64,000 nucleotides of DNA from Chiloscyllium plagiosum. Its lineage: Eukaryota. Positions 38,180 to 50,407 of this stretch are shown in pieces; within the stretch, counting starts at the first letter, position 1, and every line of letters begins with the position of its first letter. The translations under genes were made by a program, and so were the position numbers. The stretch is from contig NC_057752.1 in the NCBI RefSeq assembly GCF_004010195.1, positions 8,625,616-8,689,615 on the forward strand, written 5' to 3'. The notes under the pieces were generated by a model that worked only from the letters and a program-made list of their open reading frames with translations, was not told where the DNA came from and made no database searches.

Positions 38180-38790
38180 ACATTTCAAGAAAGTAGCCCA
38201 GACCCTAACTTCTCTAGTTGTTTTAAGCAGGTGTACAGTGGCTATTCCAGGACTGATGCAGCTGGTTAAACCACTTAGTTTCAAACATAACAGAATTTGT
38301 TTACAAGATTACCGAATGAAATACAACCAAAAGAGAACAGAATACAGAATAACAATTTATCCAAAAATCCAAAAAATTATCCCAATTTAATGATGCAGTT
38401 CCCCATAAACACCCCTTGGCACAAAAGGTAAAATCAAACGCAGGATCTCACAGGAGAAAGAGAGAGATGAAAGTGGGGTTCAGCTTGGAACACCTTCTTC
38501 CATGTTTCTGTTTCTTGGATCAGCAGCCTCAAACTGCCTGCCTGCTTTCAGTGAACAGCCAGACTGCTGAAACCAAACCAAACCAGAGAAAAGCTGAGCT
38601 GGGAGAACTGGCCACTCCCCTTTTATTGTACGAGTTTTTTTAAAACTCTAAAGCCTTTTGTCTGAGGCAGTATCTATTAAGCTATTATCAAACTGGCCCT
38701 AAAACCTTTCAAGTCAGACCTCTACGCAGCTGTGTCTTTATGACCGCTCTGAAAAAACCCATGGATAACACAAAGGAGCAGCATCGACAC
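38180..38790 (-). mobile_element. Gypsy-type LTR copy
   Basis: 38560-38790 aligns with 50161-50407 (AAACCAGAGAAAAGCTGAGCTGGG...GGAGCAGCAT..CACA) and resembles 61352-61995. Confidence 0.65.
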
Positions 38791-41610
38791 ACTAATGTGG
38801 TGACCAGAATTGAACACAATACTGTAAGTATAGCCTAACCAGAGTCTTAGAAAGTTGCAACATGACATCCTGACTCTTGTACTCAATTGCCAAACATGCC
38901 ATACACCTTCTTTACCACCCAATCGACTTGTATGGTCACTTTCAGGGACCTATGGACTTGAACTCCAAGATCCCTCTGTCCATCAATACTGTTCAGGGTC
39001 CTGCCATTAACTGTATACTTTTCCTTAACATTTGATCTCCCAAAGTACAGCACCTCACACTTACCCAGATTAAACTCCATCTGCCATTTTTCCGCCCAAT
39101 TCTGCAACTGATCTCTATCCCGCTGTATCCTTTGACAACCTTCTACACTAACCACAAAGCCACCAATGTGTATCAGCCGCAAACTTACTAATTGTGGGAG
39201 AAAATACGGGTCCCAGCCTCCCCATGACACGGCCACAAAATAGACAACACAAAATGTCTGCACTTAGCCACTGAGCCTACCCATAATGACCGCCCCAGAC
39301 ATCACACATATCTCAGGACATGACTCATCCAGCCCCAGCCCAAGAGAATATACTTCTTTAGATTAACTGATGATGAGCCTCGCATTCCACAATAGCCCAG
39401 CCACCTCTGATGTCCCTAAAGCACATCTGCTCCCACTAGGGGTCAAGCCTTCACAAAGATACTCACGCAAGGAGGCACCAAAGGTACTTCGCTTGCCCCC
39501 TCAACAATACAAATATATTGATACCAGGATGAAGCCCACTAACACCTACTCCAGCCAAGGATCGGAATCTCCTGAGTCAATTAAAAAACTTATTGTCAGA
39601 CACCAGACATTTGAATCTTTTCAATGAATGAACTTTATTTCTCTTTGTTGTACAACTCACACCATTGTCTCATAACTCACACTTCATCGTTGTAAGGGTA
39701 TAAAACTCCCACTGTATTCTCTATTCAGGGAAGAAGCTGTAGTTCCTTCTGAACAGCCTGTCCGTGACTGTTTCAATGGGGTCAAGTCTCTTCCATGATG
39801 TCGCTGTTTGTTAAATAAATCCTTGTCAGTTCTCAGTCTGATCTGTGTGTTTGTGATCTCTGATTAACTGGGCTAAATTCTCTGACACTAACCCACCCAT
39901 CTACATTTTCATCCAAATTATTTATATATCACAAACAGCAGAGGTCCCAGTACAGATCCCAGTCACAGACTTCCAGTCTAAAAAAAACACCCTTCCACCA
40001 CAACTGTCTGCCTTCTATGGGCAAGCCAATTCTAAATCCGAATGGCCAAGTCACTGTGGATCCCATGCATCTCAATCTTCTGGATGAGCCTACCATGAGA
40101 GACCTTGCTGAAAGCCTTACTAAAGTCCATGTAGACAACATCTACTGTTCTACCCTTATCGATCACTTTGTCATCTTCTCAAAAAATTCAATCAAGTCAG
40201 TAAGACTTGACCTGCCCTGCACAAAGCCATGCTGATTGTCCCTAATTGGGCTATGCTTTTCCAAATGCATGTAAATCCTATCCATAAAAATTGTCTCCAA
40301 TAGCTTCCCAACCACTGCTGCGAGATTCACCACTCCACAGTTTCCTGGATTATCCCTATTTCCCTTCTTGAACAGAAGAACAACAGTAGCTACTCGCCAG
40401 TTCTCAGGGACCTCGCCAGTGGCTAGTGAGGATACAGAGATCTTGGTCAAGGCCCCAGCAATCTCCTCCCTTGCCTCGCTCGATAACCCGGGGTAGATAC
40501 CATCAGGCCGTGGAGACTTATCCACCTTCATGCTCTTCAAGAGACTCAACAACACTTCTTTCTTGATCTCAAAATGCCCTAGCATATTAACATGCTCCAC
40601 ACTAATCTCACTATCCTCCATATTCTTCTCCTGGGTGAATACTGATGCAACATACTCACTGAGGATCTCGCCTCTAAGCACAAGTTCCCTCCTTTATCCT
40701 TGAGTGGTCCTATCTTCTCCATAGTTATTATTTTGTTTTTAATGTATCTATAGAATGCCTTGGGATTCTCTTCAACCTGACTTGCCAAGATCATTTCTTG
40801 GCGCCTTCTTGCTCTCCTAATTCCCTGCTTGAGATATTTCCTGCTTTTTAAAAAAATATTCCTCACGGGCCCTGTCCAGTTTTAGTTTCCTCAACCTTAC
40901 ATATGCTTCTATTTGCCGTTTGACTAAAATCACAATCTCCTTTGTTAACCAAGTGTCCCTTACCTTGCTATCCTTGTCCTTCCTCCTTAGTGTTATATAC
41001 TGGTCCTGAACTCTGATCAGCAGGTCTTTAAACGTGTCAAATGTAGACTTGCCCTATAACAGCTCCTCCCAATTAACACTTGCTCGCTCCTGCCTAATAC
41101 TGACGTAATTTGCCTTCCCCCAATTTAGTACCTTCCCACAGGTCCTGACTTATCCTTATTCATAGCTATCTTAAAGCTTAAGGATCACGGTTTCCAAAGT
41201 ACTCTCCCACTGAAAGGTCAGTCACCTGGCAAGGCTCATTAGTCAATTCAAACTCCAGTATGGTCCATCCTCTCGTTGGACTATCCACAGACTGATTCAA
41301 GAAACCCTCTTGGATGCACTTCACAAATTCTGCCCTGCCTGAGCCTCTTGCTCTAAGGGAGTCATAGTCAATATTGGCAAAGTTAAAGTCACCTACTATC
41401 ACAACTGTGTTTTTATTGCATCTTTCCATAATCTGCCTACATATCTGTTCCTCAATGTCTCGGTGGCTATTGGGGGACCTATACTATAATCCTATCAAAG
41501 TGATTGCACCCATCTTATTTTTGAGCTCTATCCATATTGCCTCAGTGGATGAGCCCCCGTATGTGCCCTCTGAGTGCCGATGTGACATTCTTCCTGATCA
41601 GCAATGTTGT
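38791..41610 (-). mobile_element. CR1 LINE ORF2 (EN to RT), decayed, split by a solo LTR
   Basis: IVGDFNFANID, ENPKAFYRYIK, KVDKSPRPDGIYP, QHGFVQGRSSLTDL, WAEKWQMEFNLGKCEV. Confidence 0.9.
39193..39887 (+). mobile_element. Solo LTR (695 bp)
   Basis: TG...CA ends, TSD CTAAT/CTAAC, TATAAAA at 39699-39705, AATAAA at 39814-39819. CR1 sequence resumes seamlessly on both sides. Confidence 0.8.
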
Positions 41611-41664
41611 TAGGGTGGAGAATTCCAGGATTTGAATCATCTTGTAATTCGTATACACTTCTGC

Positions 41665-42867
41665 TACAAAGTTAAAAATCATACAACACCAGGTTATAGT
41701 CCAACAGGTTTATTTGAAAGTCCAAGGTTTTGGAGTGCTGCTCCTTCGTCATGTAGCTAGTGGGACAAAACATAGGACACAGAACTGAAAAGTAAAAGGT
41801 CAAAATGCCCGACTACCGATGCAATGTATTGAACAAACCCAGATTGCTGTTAAGTCTTTAATCACTTGGAATGGGGATGCAGTTTTCAATTCATTAATAT
41901 TTAAATCCTAGATTTACTTCATGTCACAGCCCTGAAATAACTTAAGGTTTTATCAGTGTATAAAAAAAAGTGACATCTCAGCTCAGACAATGCACTAAAG
42001 GTGTGAGGTTAGAGTCTGCTGTATCCCAAACTGGAGTCAGACTGGTTTTATTTCCAAAGCAAGAATTTATAAAATGTCACATTGACTGCCTGGCTACAGA
42101 CTGTGTGCTTTTTGAACAAATTAGGATGTATCTGCAAATGTAAATTCACCCCATAGATGAGTGTGTGCCCGTGTGCGTGTATGAGAGATGGTCTGTGTCA
42201 GTGTGTGTGAGAGTGGGTATGCATGCACGCACACACTGCTATGGGGGGAAGAGGGAAAGCATGAGAGAGTAAGGGACAGGGAAAGCATGTGTGTGCATGC
42301 TTGATACAGCGTGTGCGAAAGTGTGACCGAGTATGTGTGTGTGTGTGTGAGAGAGAGAGACAGGGTCTGTGTCAGTGTGTTTGAGAGTGTGCGCGTGTGT
42401 GTATTGTGGTGGGGTCACCTGTAGTGTGACATGAACCCAACATCCCACTGGGCGCCGTACTTAGCTATCAGCCTCTGTTCTGCAACCCTGCGTTGTTGCA
42501 TATATCAAAGTCCACCTTGGAGGACGTTCACCCAAAGATCGAGGCTGAATCCTTGATTGCTGAAGTGGTCCCCCATTGGGAAGGACCATTTTTGCCTGAC
42601 GATTGTTCGGTGGTGCCCAATAATCCATTGTCGTAGCGATGGCATGGTTTCGCCAACATATCATGCCTCGGGGCATTGTTGCCGGCAGTGTATGAGATAG
42701 ACAACATTGGCCGAGTCACATGAGTACCTGCCGCATACATGTTCGCGGAAAACTGCCCAGCTTTCAGGACAACATTGACTGTAACACCATATATTCCTGT
42801 CATGGCAACCACTGCAAGACGTGTCAGAGTGTCAACACGGAAGTTACCATTACATGTGAGGACACAA
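41665..42867 (-). mobile_element. Penelope-like element: GIY-YIG endonuclease and 3' end, joined to an inverted upstream segment
   Basis: Minus strand from about 42740: HVCGRYSCDSANVVYLIHCRQQCPEA*YVGET..LRQ. Plus strand 42741-42867: VRGKLP...CHGNHCKTC (linker Cys motif). Decayed hammerhead core near 41724-41752. Confidence 0.85.
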
Positions 42868-43367
42868 NNNNNNNNNNNNNNNNNNNNNNNNNNNNNNNNN
42901 NNNNNNNNNNNNNNNNNNNNNNNNNNNNNNNNNNNNNNNNNNNNNNNNNNNNNNNNNNNNNNNNNNNNNNNNNNNNNNNNNNNNNNNNNNNNNNNNNNNN
43001 NNNNNNNNNNNNNNNNNNNNNNNNNNNNNNNNNNNNNNNNNNNNNNNNNNNNNNNNNNNNNNNNNNNNNNNNNNNNNNNNNNNNNNNNNNNNNNNNNNNN
43101 NNNNNNNNNNNNNNNNNNNNNNNNNNNNNNNNNNNNNNNNNNNNNNNNNNNNNNNNNNNNNNNNNNNNNNNNNNNNNNNNNNNNNNNNNNNNNNNNNNNN
43201 NNNNNNNNNNNNNNNNNNNNNNNNNNNNNNNNNNNNNNNNNNNNNNNNNNNNNNNNNNNNNNNNNNNNNNNNNNNNNNNNNNNNNNNNNNNNNNNNNNNN
43301 NNNNNNNNNNNNNNNNNNNNNNNNNNNNNNNNNNNNNNNNNNNNNNNNNNNNNNNNNNNNNNNNNNN
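42868..43367. other. Assembly gap (500 N)
   Basis: Run of N. Confidence 1.
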
Positions 43368-43647
43368 CCTGAGGGAGTGATAATTTGTGAACAGATGGAC
43401 AGAAATTTAGCTTTCCTCTTTGTAAGATCAGGTTGGAGTGCCAACACAAGACTGGGGAAGTTACAGTGGGATTGATTGACAATGTCAGTTCCACGAATAC
43501 AGTTTGTTCTTAGGAATGATTTAGCAGGGTCCAAGGTGGGAGTGACAACCCTCGTTGTGGAGAAACCAAAGGAAAACCAGGGAACTGAGGAGTTAAAAGA
43601 AAAATACCCTGGAATTTTCCCAGACTGTGTAGTAACCAGATCTCGCA

Positions 43648-44116
43648 TGGCATCTGCCCCTTCGTAGGATATGTGGAACAGTCCATCTTCCGCAGCTACA
43701 CTGGCACCACCCCCCACCTTTTCCTCCGCTACATCGATGACTGTATCGGCGCTGCCTCGTGCTCCCACGAGGAGGTTGAACAGTTCATCCACTTTACCAA
43801 CACCTTCCACCCCGACCTCAAATTCACCTGGACCGTCTCAGACTCCTCCCTCCCCTTCCTCGACCTCTCCATTTCTATCGCGGGCGACCGAATCAATATG
43901 GACATTTACTGTAAACCGACCGACTCCCACAGCTACCTAGACCACACCTCCTCCCACCCTGCCCCCTGTAAAAATGCCATCCCATATTCCCAATTCCTTC
44001 GTCTCCGCCGCATCTGCTCCCAGGAGGACCAGTTCCAATACCGTACAACCCAGATGGCCTCCTTCTACAAAGACCGCATTTTCCCCCCAGACGTGATCGA
44101 CGATGCCCTCCACCAC
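43648..44116 (+). mobile_element. Penelope-like RT fragment
   Basis: FVGYVEQSIF...HLFLRYIDDCIG, HPDLKFT, LPFLDLSI, KPTDSHSYLDHTSSHP..CKNAIPYSQFLRLRRICS. Confidence 0.92.
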
Positions 44117-44937
44117 TGTGGGTACAGGTGCACCCGAGGCTGTCAGGCAGGTGACATCATTTCACGGATTTATCTGATTTCTTCTTCTGATAAACAGAAG
44201 TAGCATCAGTTATGACACACATGCTGAAACAACATCACCAAGAGGATATGAAGCAACAAGTGTGTCAGAAGTATGAGTAAGTAAGGATGACAGATGAGAA
44301 GTGAGGGAGAGTTAGACACTTCTCAAAATGAACCTCCTACAATTCAACTAGCCAAAACAGAAATACTGGGATAGTTTGACACTGTGCTCTCATATTTGGA
44401 GATAGAACTTTGGGAAGATCTAGTAAGATGGTAGATCTGTAGAGAACCACCTAGATATACTATGTTAGCTAGGCATGATATGAACATGGTACTGATGAAA
44501 CAATACTGTTATTGGTTTTGCCCAGGAAAACAAGCTCAGGTAGAACACAGGAACAGAAGTAGGCCATTCAGCCCCTGGAGTCTGTTCCACCAGTCAACGA
44601 GATCATAGGTTGTGTGTGGCTCAACTCCATGTAAATGTTTTTGGTCCATATCCTTTAATACCTTTGCTTAACCTTTACTTAGAAGCAAAGATGTGATATA
44701 TGCTGGAAAACATTTCATGAAACCCAGCCAAAGCAGCTAGAGTTCATTGGTAGTGTTGGTTCCTAAACTGGATGGATCAGCTGGGTTCTACAGAAAATGA
44801 AATGCAGTCACCAAAACAGATTTGCACCCAGTTCCAACATTAAAAAGTTGTACCAATAGTTTTGATAGTGCTTCTTTCTTCAGAGATTGGTCTATGGAGG
44901 GGATGCTGACAAGTGTCATTGCCATCACTTTGGTATA

Positions 44938-45148
44938 GGAGAAAGTGAGGTCTGCAGATGCTGGAGATCAGAGCTGGAAATGTGTTGCTGGAAAAGCGCA
45001 GCAGGTCAGGCAGCATCCAGGGAACAGGAGAATCGACGTTTCGGGCATAAGCCCTTCCTGAAGAAGGGCTTATGCCCGAAACGTCGATTCTCCTGTTCCC
45101 TGGATGCTGCCTGACCTGCTGCGCTTTTCCAGCAACACATTTCCAGCT
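44938..45148 (-). mobile_element. Penelope-derived perfect-hairpin mini-insertion with 15-bp TSD
   Basis: TSD CATCACTTTGGTATA at 44923-44937 and 45149-45163. Perfect 87-bp arms at 44971-45057 and 45063-45149, 5-nt loop, 33-bp tail at 44938-44970. Confidence 0.92.
45054..45089 (+). ncRNA. Minimal type I hammerhead ribozyme core
   Basis: CTGAAGA (45058-45064)-A-GGGC-TTAT-GCCC-GAAA (45078-45081)-CG-TC; predicted cleavage after 45085; stem I is weak. Confidence 0.62.
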
Positions 45149-47085
45149 CATCACTTTGGTATAACCGATTTAGCATAACAAACGTCGAGTCATGCCATTT
45201 GGGTTAAAGACCACCATCACCACCCTGCTACCCCCACATTCCAAAGACTTGTGAATCAAGTTGTAACTGAAGAACCTAACTGTAGTTTATTTAGACATTA
45301 TTGTAATATAGAATAACATATAAGTTGAGCATGTGAGGCTATTAGAAGACGCAATTCAGCAATTGTTGTTAGCAGGCATAGTAATAAATGTCACCAATGG
45401 CGAATTCATAAAAGCAAGGGTAACCTACCTCAAATACTGGAATGGAATTTGCTCCCAAATAGCATTGTGGGTGTACCTACAACATATGGACTGCAGCAGT
45501 TCAAGACGGCAGCTCACCACCATCAGCTCAAGGGCAACTAGGGACGGCAGTAAATGCTGGCCTAGCCAGTGGCTCTTAGGAGTGAATAAAAAAATACATA
45601 GGACAAGGACAAGTTTTGCCAAGAACAGTGCAAGGGGATGTTCTAAAAGAATTCCCTGTTCTGAAAACAAAAATGTAAAATAGTGACATTTAAGAAAATG
45701 TGGGTTTTATTGGAAAGTTGTGTGTAAATTCAGTATGATATCTGTACCTTAACAAATTTATCATAGAAACAAGCAAAACTAACATTGTCAGCAGAATGCC
45801 AAACAGCCTTCGAAAAGCTGAAATCAGTCCGAATAAATGAACCACCCCTAATTTTTCCAAACTCTTTGAATGGCAATTGATGGCAGTGACTTGGAGAGCA
45901 GTCTTACTGCAAAATGATGAGTCAGGAGTAGAGAAGCCAGTAGAGTAATTTTCCAAGAAACTCTACGGACATCAGAGGAAGCACTCTACAGTAGAACAGG
46001 AAACCTTTTGATGATTATTGACTCCTCAACACTTTGAAGTCTCTTTCCAGTATGATAGCAAAACAACATTAATCTATACTGATCATAATCATTAGCATGC
46101 ATTGAAAAGTTTAAAACTCAAAATGTGACACTGTTCCAATGGAGTCTATTCATGAACCATTCAATGTAAACATTATTCACATTGCTGGACAAGATGATTT
46201 GATGGTGAATGTCTTGTCCCAAGATGATGATGAAATACGTATTTAAGAGATGATAATTCCAAGTCTTTTGTATAAATGGGGAATGAGGTGGAATGAATGT
46301 ACATCTAGTACTTTATATGCCACACTTCTTGTGGTGAAGTGACATTTCATCTCAAAGACCACATCTTTTTATCTCCTTTATCTCTGGATTGTGGGGTGAA
46401 AAGGGATGATACTGCTTCATACCAAGGAAATTGTGCAAAGAATTGGCTGAGAGTTTTTTAAAAAATTACTTGAGCACTTTTATGAGTGGTCTTTTCTGGA
46501 ACAGTGAGAAGAGCGTGGACAGTATGGAGCTAAAGAATTCTGAACTAGGGGACAACTGCTTGACAACAATATTTTATTGGCTCCTGACCAGGTAACCAAG
46601 GCTTGTGTGGACCTTTGCAGCAAAAAAAATCTAGCTTCAAAGAGAAAGCATAAAAATATCTGTCTCAGTCTCTACTTTTGTGGAGGTCCCAGAAAGTCTC
46701 CAGTAACAATTACCGGGTTTGTTTTCCCCTTTCTCTGCCTCCCCTGTTGAAAGAAAATTAAAACACCCTCAGAGACATTGAAAGTATGAATTCTAAACCA
46801 GTGAAGGAAAGACTGAACATTAGTGTGCGACAAAGAATTGAAAAGGAAAGAAAAAAAAAACTTATCAAATCCTGTGGTCCAGACTGGTGCTATTGAACGG
46901 TTTCCCTGTCTTACTTGTCTGTGGCGGCTTATGAAGTATGAACTTGAAGTATGGGTACAGTTGCAGTTAGTGATAAGTTATCAATTCATATATCCTATTT
47001 ATCATCAGTTAAAGACCATTTGTTTGCAGTATACAAATCGAGAGACAGTCTTCTTTTCAATTGTGTTTATTAGTCAGACAAATTG

Positions 47086-47172
47086 CTGAAGAGTTGGACT
47101 GGACACGTTAACTCTGTTTCCTCTCCACCGATGCTGCTAGACCTGCCGAGTTTCTCTAGCATTTTCTGTTTG
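47086..47172 (+). mobile_element. Decayed Penelope-type 3' end with an eroded hammerhead-like motif
   Basis: CTGAAGAG..GACT.GACACGTT followed by GATGCTGC..GACCTGC.GAG.TT..CTAGCA, similar to the arms at 45100-45135. Confidence 0.5.
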
Positions 47173-47904
47173 AGGGAAATTATGGAATTTGGATAGTTCA
47201 ACTAAATGTTTCCACATTGTAACAACTCTGGGAATAGTGGAGCTTGATTTCCAGCACGCTCCCCAGTGAGTCAGGACATATCTCCATAGTAAGTATGTCA
47301 GTATACCTTTACAAGAAATGCTCATGGTATCACCATTGCATCACAGCATATGACGTGAAGATATTAAGATCTCATACTCCACAACTCTTCTACTTGAAGC
47401 ACAACTCTAATTATTAGAAGTGTGCTCCTCTATTGTAAATGAATAGCTTACTGTTAGCTCAGACATTTTTTATTTAATTTAACGTGCTTACATAATGCCT
47501 AATAGTGATGTCTGTTGGATTCTTCAATTGAACAATATACATACCCAGTTTAGTTGTTTTGAGAGACAGCACAAGCAATTCCACATGAGGTAAACACCCT
47601 GCTTCAAGAATCCAACAGGCATTTATTTGAATTACCATAAGCCAGCATTTTTTGCCTATCCTTTATAGATGTAGAGAAAGCGATGATGAGCTGCTGCCTT
47701 GAACTGTTCTAGTCCACATAATTAGGTGCCCCTACTGTGTTGTTGGGAAGGGAGGTCCAGGAGTTTGAATCAATGACAATGATAAACAGTGATAGAATTG
47801 CAAGTCAGGATGGTGGGTTGGAGGGGAACTTGCAGATAATGTGTTCCCATGCTTTGTTCATAGATAGAAGTCACAGGGTTGGAAGAACACTTGGCAAGTT
47901 TTTG

Positions 47905-48525
47905 ATTTGATTTATTGTTATTACAGGTACTGGGATACAATGAAAAGTGTTGTTTTGCATGCTCTACAGGCAGATCATACAATACAAAGCGCATCAGGGA
48001 GCAGAACAGAGTGCAGAGTACAGTGTTATTCTGTAGAGAAAGTGCAGAGAGAGAGAGATCAAGATTAACATTTGAGTGGTTCATTCAAAAGTCTGATAAC
48101 AGCAGGGAAGAAGCAGTTCTTGAATCTGTTGTAGGTGTATTTAAACTTTTATATCTGCTCGATGGAAGAGAGTATAACCAGAGAGTAGGGGGTCTTCGAT
48201 TATGTTGGCTACTTTTCTGAGGCAGCAAGAAGTACAGATGGAGTCAGTAGATGGAAGGCTGGTTGTATGATGGACTGGGCTATAATCACAACACTTTAGT
48301 TTCGTGTGGTCTTGGGAATATCAATTGCCATACCACTCTAATGCATGCAGATAGGATGTTTTCTGTGGTGCATCTATAAGCATTGGTAAGAGTCTTTGCA
48401 GACATGCCAAATTTACTTAGCCTCGTGAGGAAGTAGAGGTATTGTGGTGCTTCCTTGACCATCATGTTGACATGGGTGGACAAGGACAGATTGTTGGCAA
48501 TTGTCACTCCCATGAACCTGACACC
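47905..48525 (-). mobile_element. Rex1/Babar LINE 3' end
   Basis: GVTIANNLSLSTHVN..VK.A.Q.LYFLTRLSKFGMS.KTLTN.YRCT.ENILS.CI; ends in an AATAAATCAAATCAAA-type tail. Confidence 0.8.
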
Positions 48526-48834
48526 TCAGATCTGCAGACGAATACTGACTAGTTTTTCATCAGGTAGTAGTTCCGCTCAAATATTATAACAAGATATTGC
48601 AGGAAGCACATTAAATTCTTCTGGTAGGGCATGTAGGAATATGGAAATGTCAAACATTGAGAAACCAGCATTTATACTGGCCCAGTCTTCACAAAAATGC
48701 AGTGCAGTTCTGTAAAACATAATTTACATGCCAAGTGCTGAGAAAGCCTTATCATGCAATCAAATAGGTACCTTATAATACCCATACTAGTTTTTGAGGA
48801 ACAATTCAGCAGGGTGTTAGTAGACTGTGTACAG

Positions 48835-48986
48835 GGTCACTTAGGTCAGTTGGATAGACAGCTGGTTTGTGATGTAGAGAGAAGTCAACGGCATGGGTTC
48901 AATCCCTCCACCAGCTGAAGTTACCATGAAGGACTCTCCTTTTCAACCTTTCCCCTTGCCTGAGGCATGGGGACCCTTTGGTAAAA
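48835..48986 (+). mobile_element. tRNA-derived SINE fragment
   Basis: TAGGTCAGTTGG A-box-like and GGGTTCAATCCC B box. Confidence 0.5.
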
Positions 48987-49179
48987 TGACTGACATAGTC
49001 CATTAAAAAGTAAAGGAAAAATGTCCCAAAAACAAAAACAGGACATTGATATATCTCAATGATGTGATGCATGGAACAGTCGACCTTTATTACTAACGCA
49101 ATCCTTTCATTTGTGCTGATACTAAGATCTTTGTGTATAAGGTGGTCATCCTATCAACTTATTCTATATGGGACTAAAA

Positions 49180-49510
49180 CTTGGACTACATATAGATGTC
49201 ACCTCAAGGCTCTAGGACACCAATGCCAGATTCCTATTTATTGACTTTAGCTCCACCTTCAACACAATAATTCTAACAAAATTCATCTCCTAACTCAGAC
49301 TTAGGACTGTGCTACACTTCTGCAACTGGATCTTTGACTTCCTAACTCTCAGATTGCAATCAGTAAGGATAATTGACAACACCTCCTCCACAACAATCTA
49401 CAACATCGGTCCCTGCAAGGCTGCATACTCAGCCCCTTACTATACTCAACTGTGTGGCCACATTCAGCTCTAACTCCATGTACAAATTTACACCGACACC
49501 ACCGTAGTAG
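49180..49510 (+). mobile_element. Rex1/Babar RT fragment
   Basis: ARFLFIDFSSTFNTII, CNWIFDFL, QGCILSPLLYS. Confidence 0.75.
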
Positions 49511-50160
49511 TGTCACCGTAATCAAAACAATACTTATCACACCAGCTTGCAACAAAAATAAATAAAATAAAATCACTTTACCTTACATGCTCGAAATACG
49601 GACATGAAATCCAACATTGAGGAATTGTCATTTTGTCTCAAAATCTTTTAAATTTTACATTTTCAATTAAATCAATTTTAATGAACCTCTTATATCATGG
49701 CCATAGATTAATTCAAATGGGAAAACCCCTGAAGAGTCATTCTAAGGATGTCTGGTAGCAAATAATAAAAACAGTTTGCAGATGAAATACAGTTGACTTC
49801 AATTGTTTTACACCCAAATTTCCATTTATGCCCTGGAAAACACTAGGCCAAAGTGAGAACCTTGATCAGACTGAACTTCAATTAGTAGGCTACAATGAGC
49901 AAAAAAAAACTAAGTTAACATTTCCATTGCTATCTTAGCTTTAATAGTCCTTAAACAAATAACATCTGGAAATGGGGTTGCCACATCCATAGCTGTGAGG
50001 ATATATTGATGAACTTTCATTTTCGGTAATGGTCCTATGCAATCTACTAACACTCGACTGAATGGTTCTTAAAAATCTGATATAGGTTTTCAAAGATGCT
50101 GAGTTAATTACATATTGAGGTTTGCCTACTACCTGACATTGCACTGTCCTTACGAATAGC

Positions 50161-50407
50161 GAGACTGCCAAAACCACATCAAACCAGAGAAAAGCTGAGC
50201 TGGGACAACTGGCTACTCCCCTTGCATTGTACAAGTGCCTTTCTTAAAACTTGAAAGCCTTCTGCCTGAGGCAGCATCTGTTAGTTATAATCAAACTGGC
50301 CCTAAAACCCATCGAAAGCCAAACGTTTTGGAATCACTGCTTTTATGACCTCTCTGAAAAATAAACCAAGGACAGTATAACCTTGTTAAAGGAGCAGCAT
50401 TGTCACA
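50161..50407 (-). mobile_element. LTR fragment (same family as 38180-38790)
   Basis: Direct sequence similarity; ends in TGTCACA. Confidence 0.65.

Larger units (their letters stand above)
43368..46260 (+). mobile_element. Decayed Gypsy pol fragments with nested insertions
   Basis: IQFVLRNDLAG..YPGIFPDCVVTRS (like 59513-59707); NAVTKTD near 44800; VMPFGLK near 45190; VYLD near 45285; YTDHN near 46075. Confidence 0.7.

Noticed and set aside
41724..41752. Active hammerhead ribozyme (also 47086-47112)
   Set aside because: Core nucleotides are mutated (ATGACGA and AAAA instead of CTGANGA and GAAA); recorded only as decayed.
42720..43810. Long ORFs of 200-380 aa in the ORF track (also 27361-28005 and 52796-54213)
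   Set aside because: They are open only because they cross N gaps.
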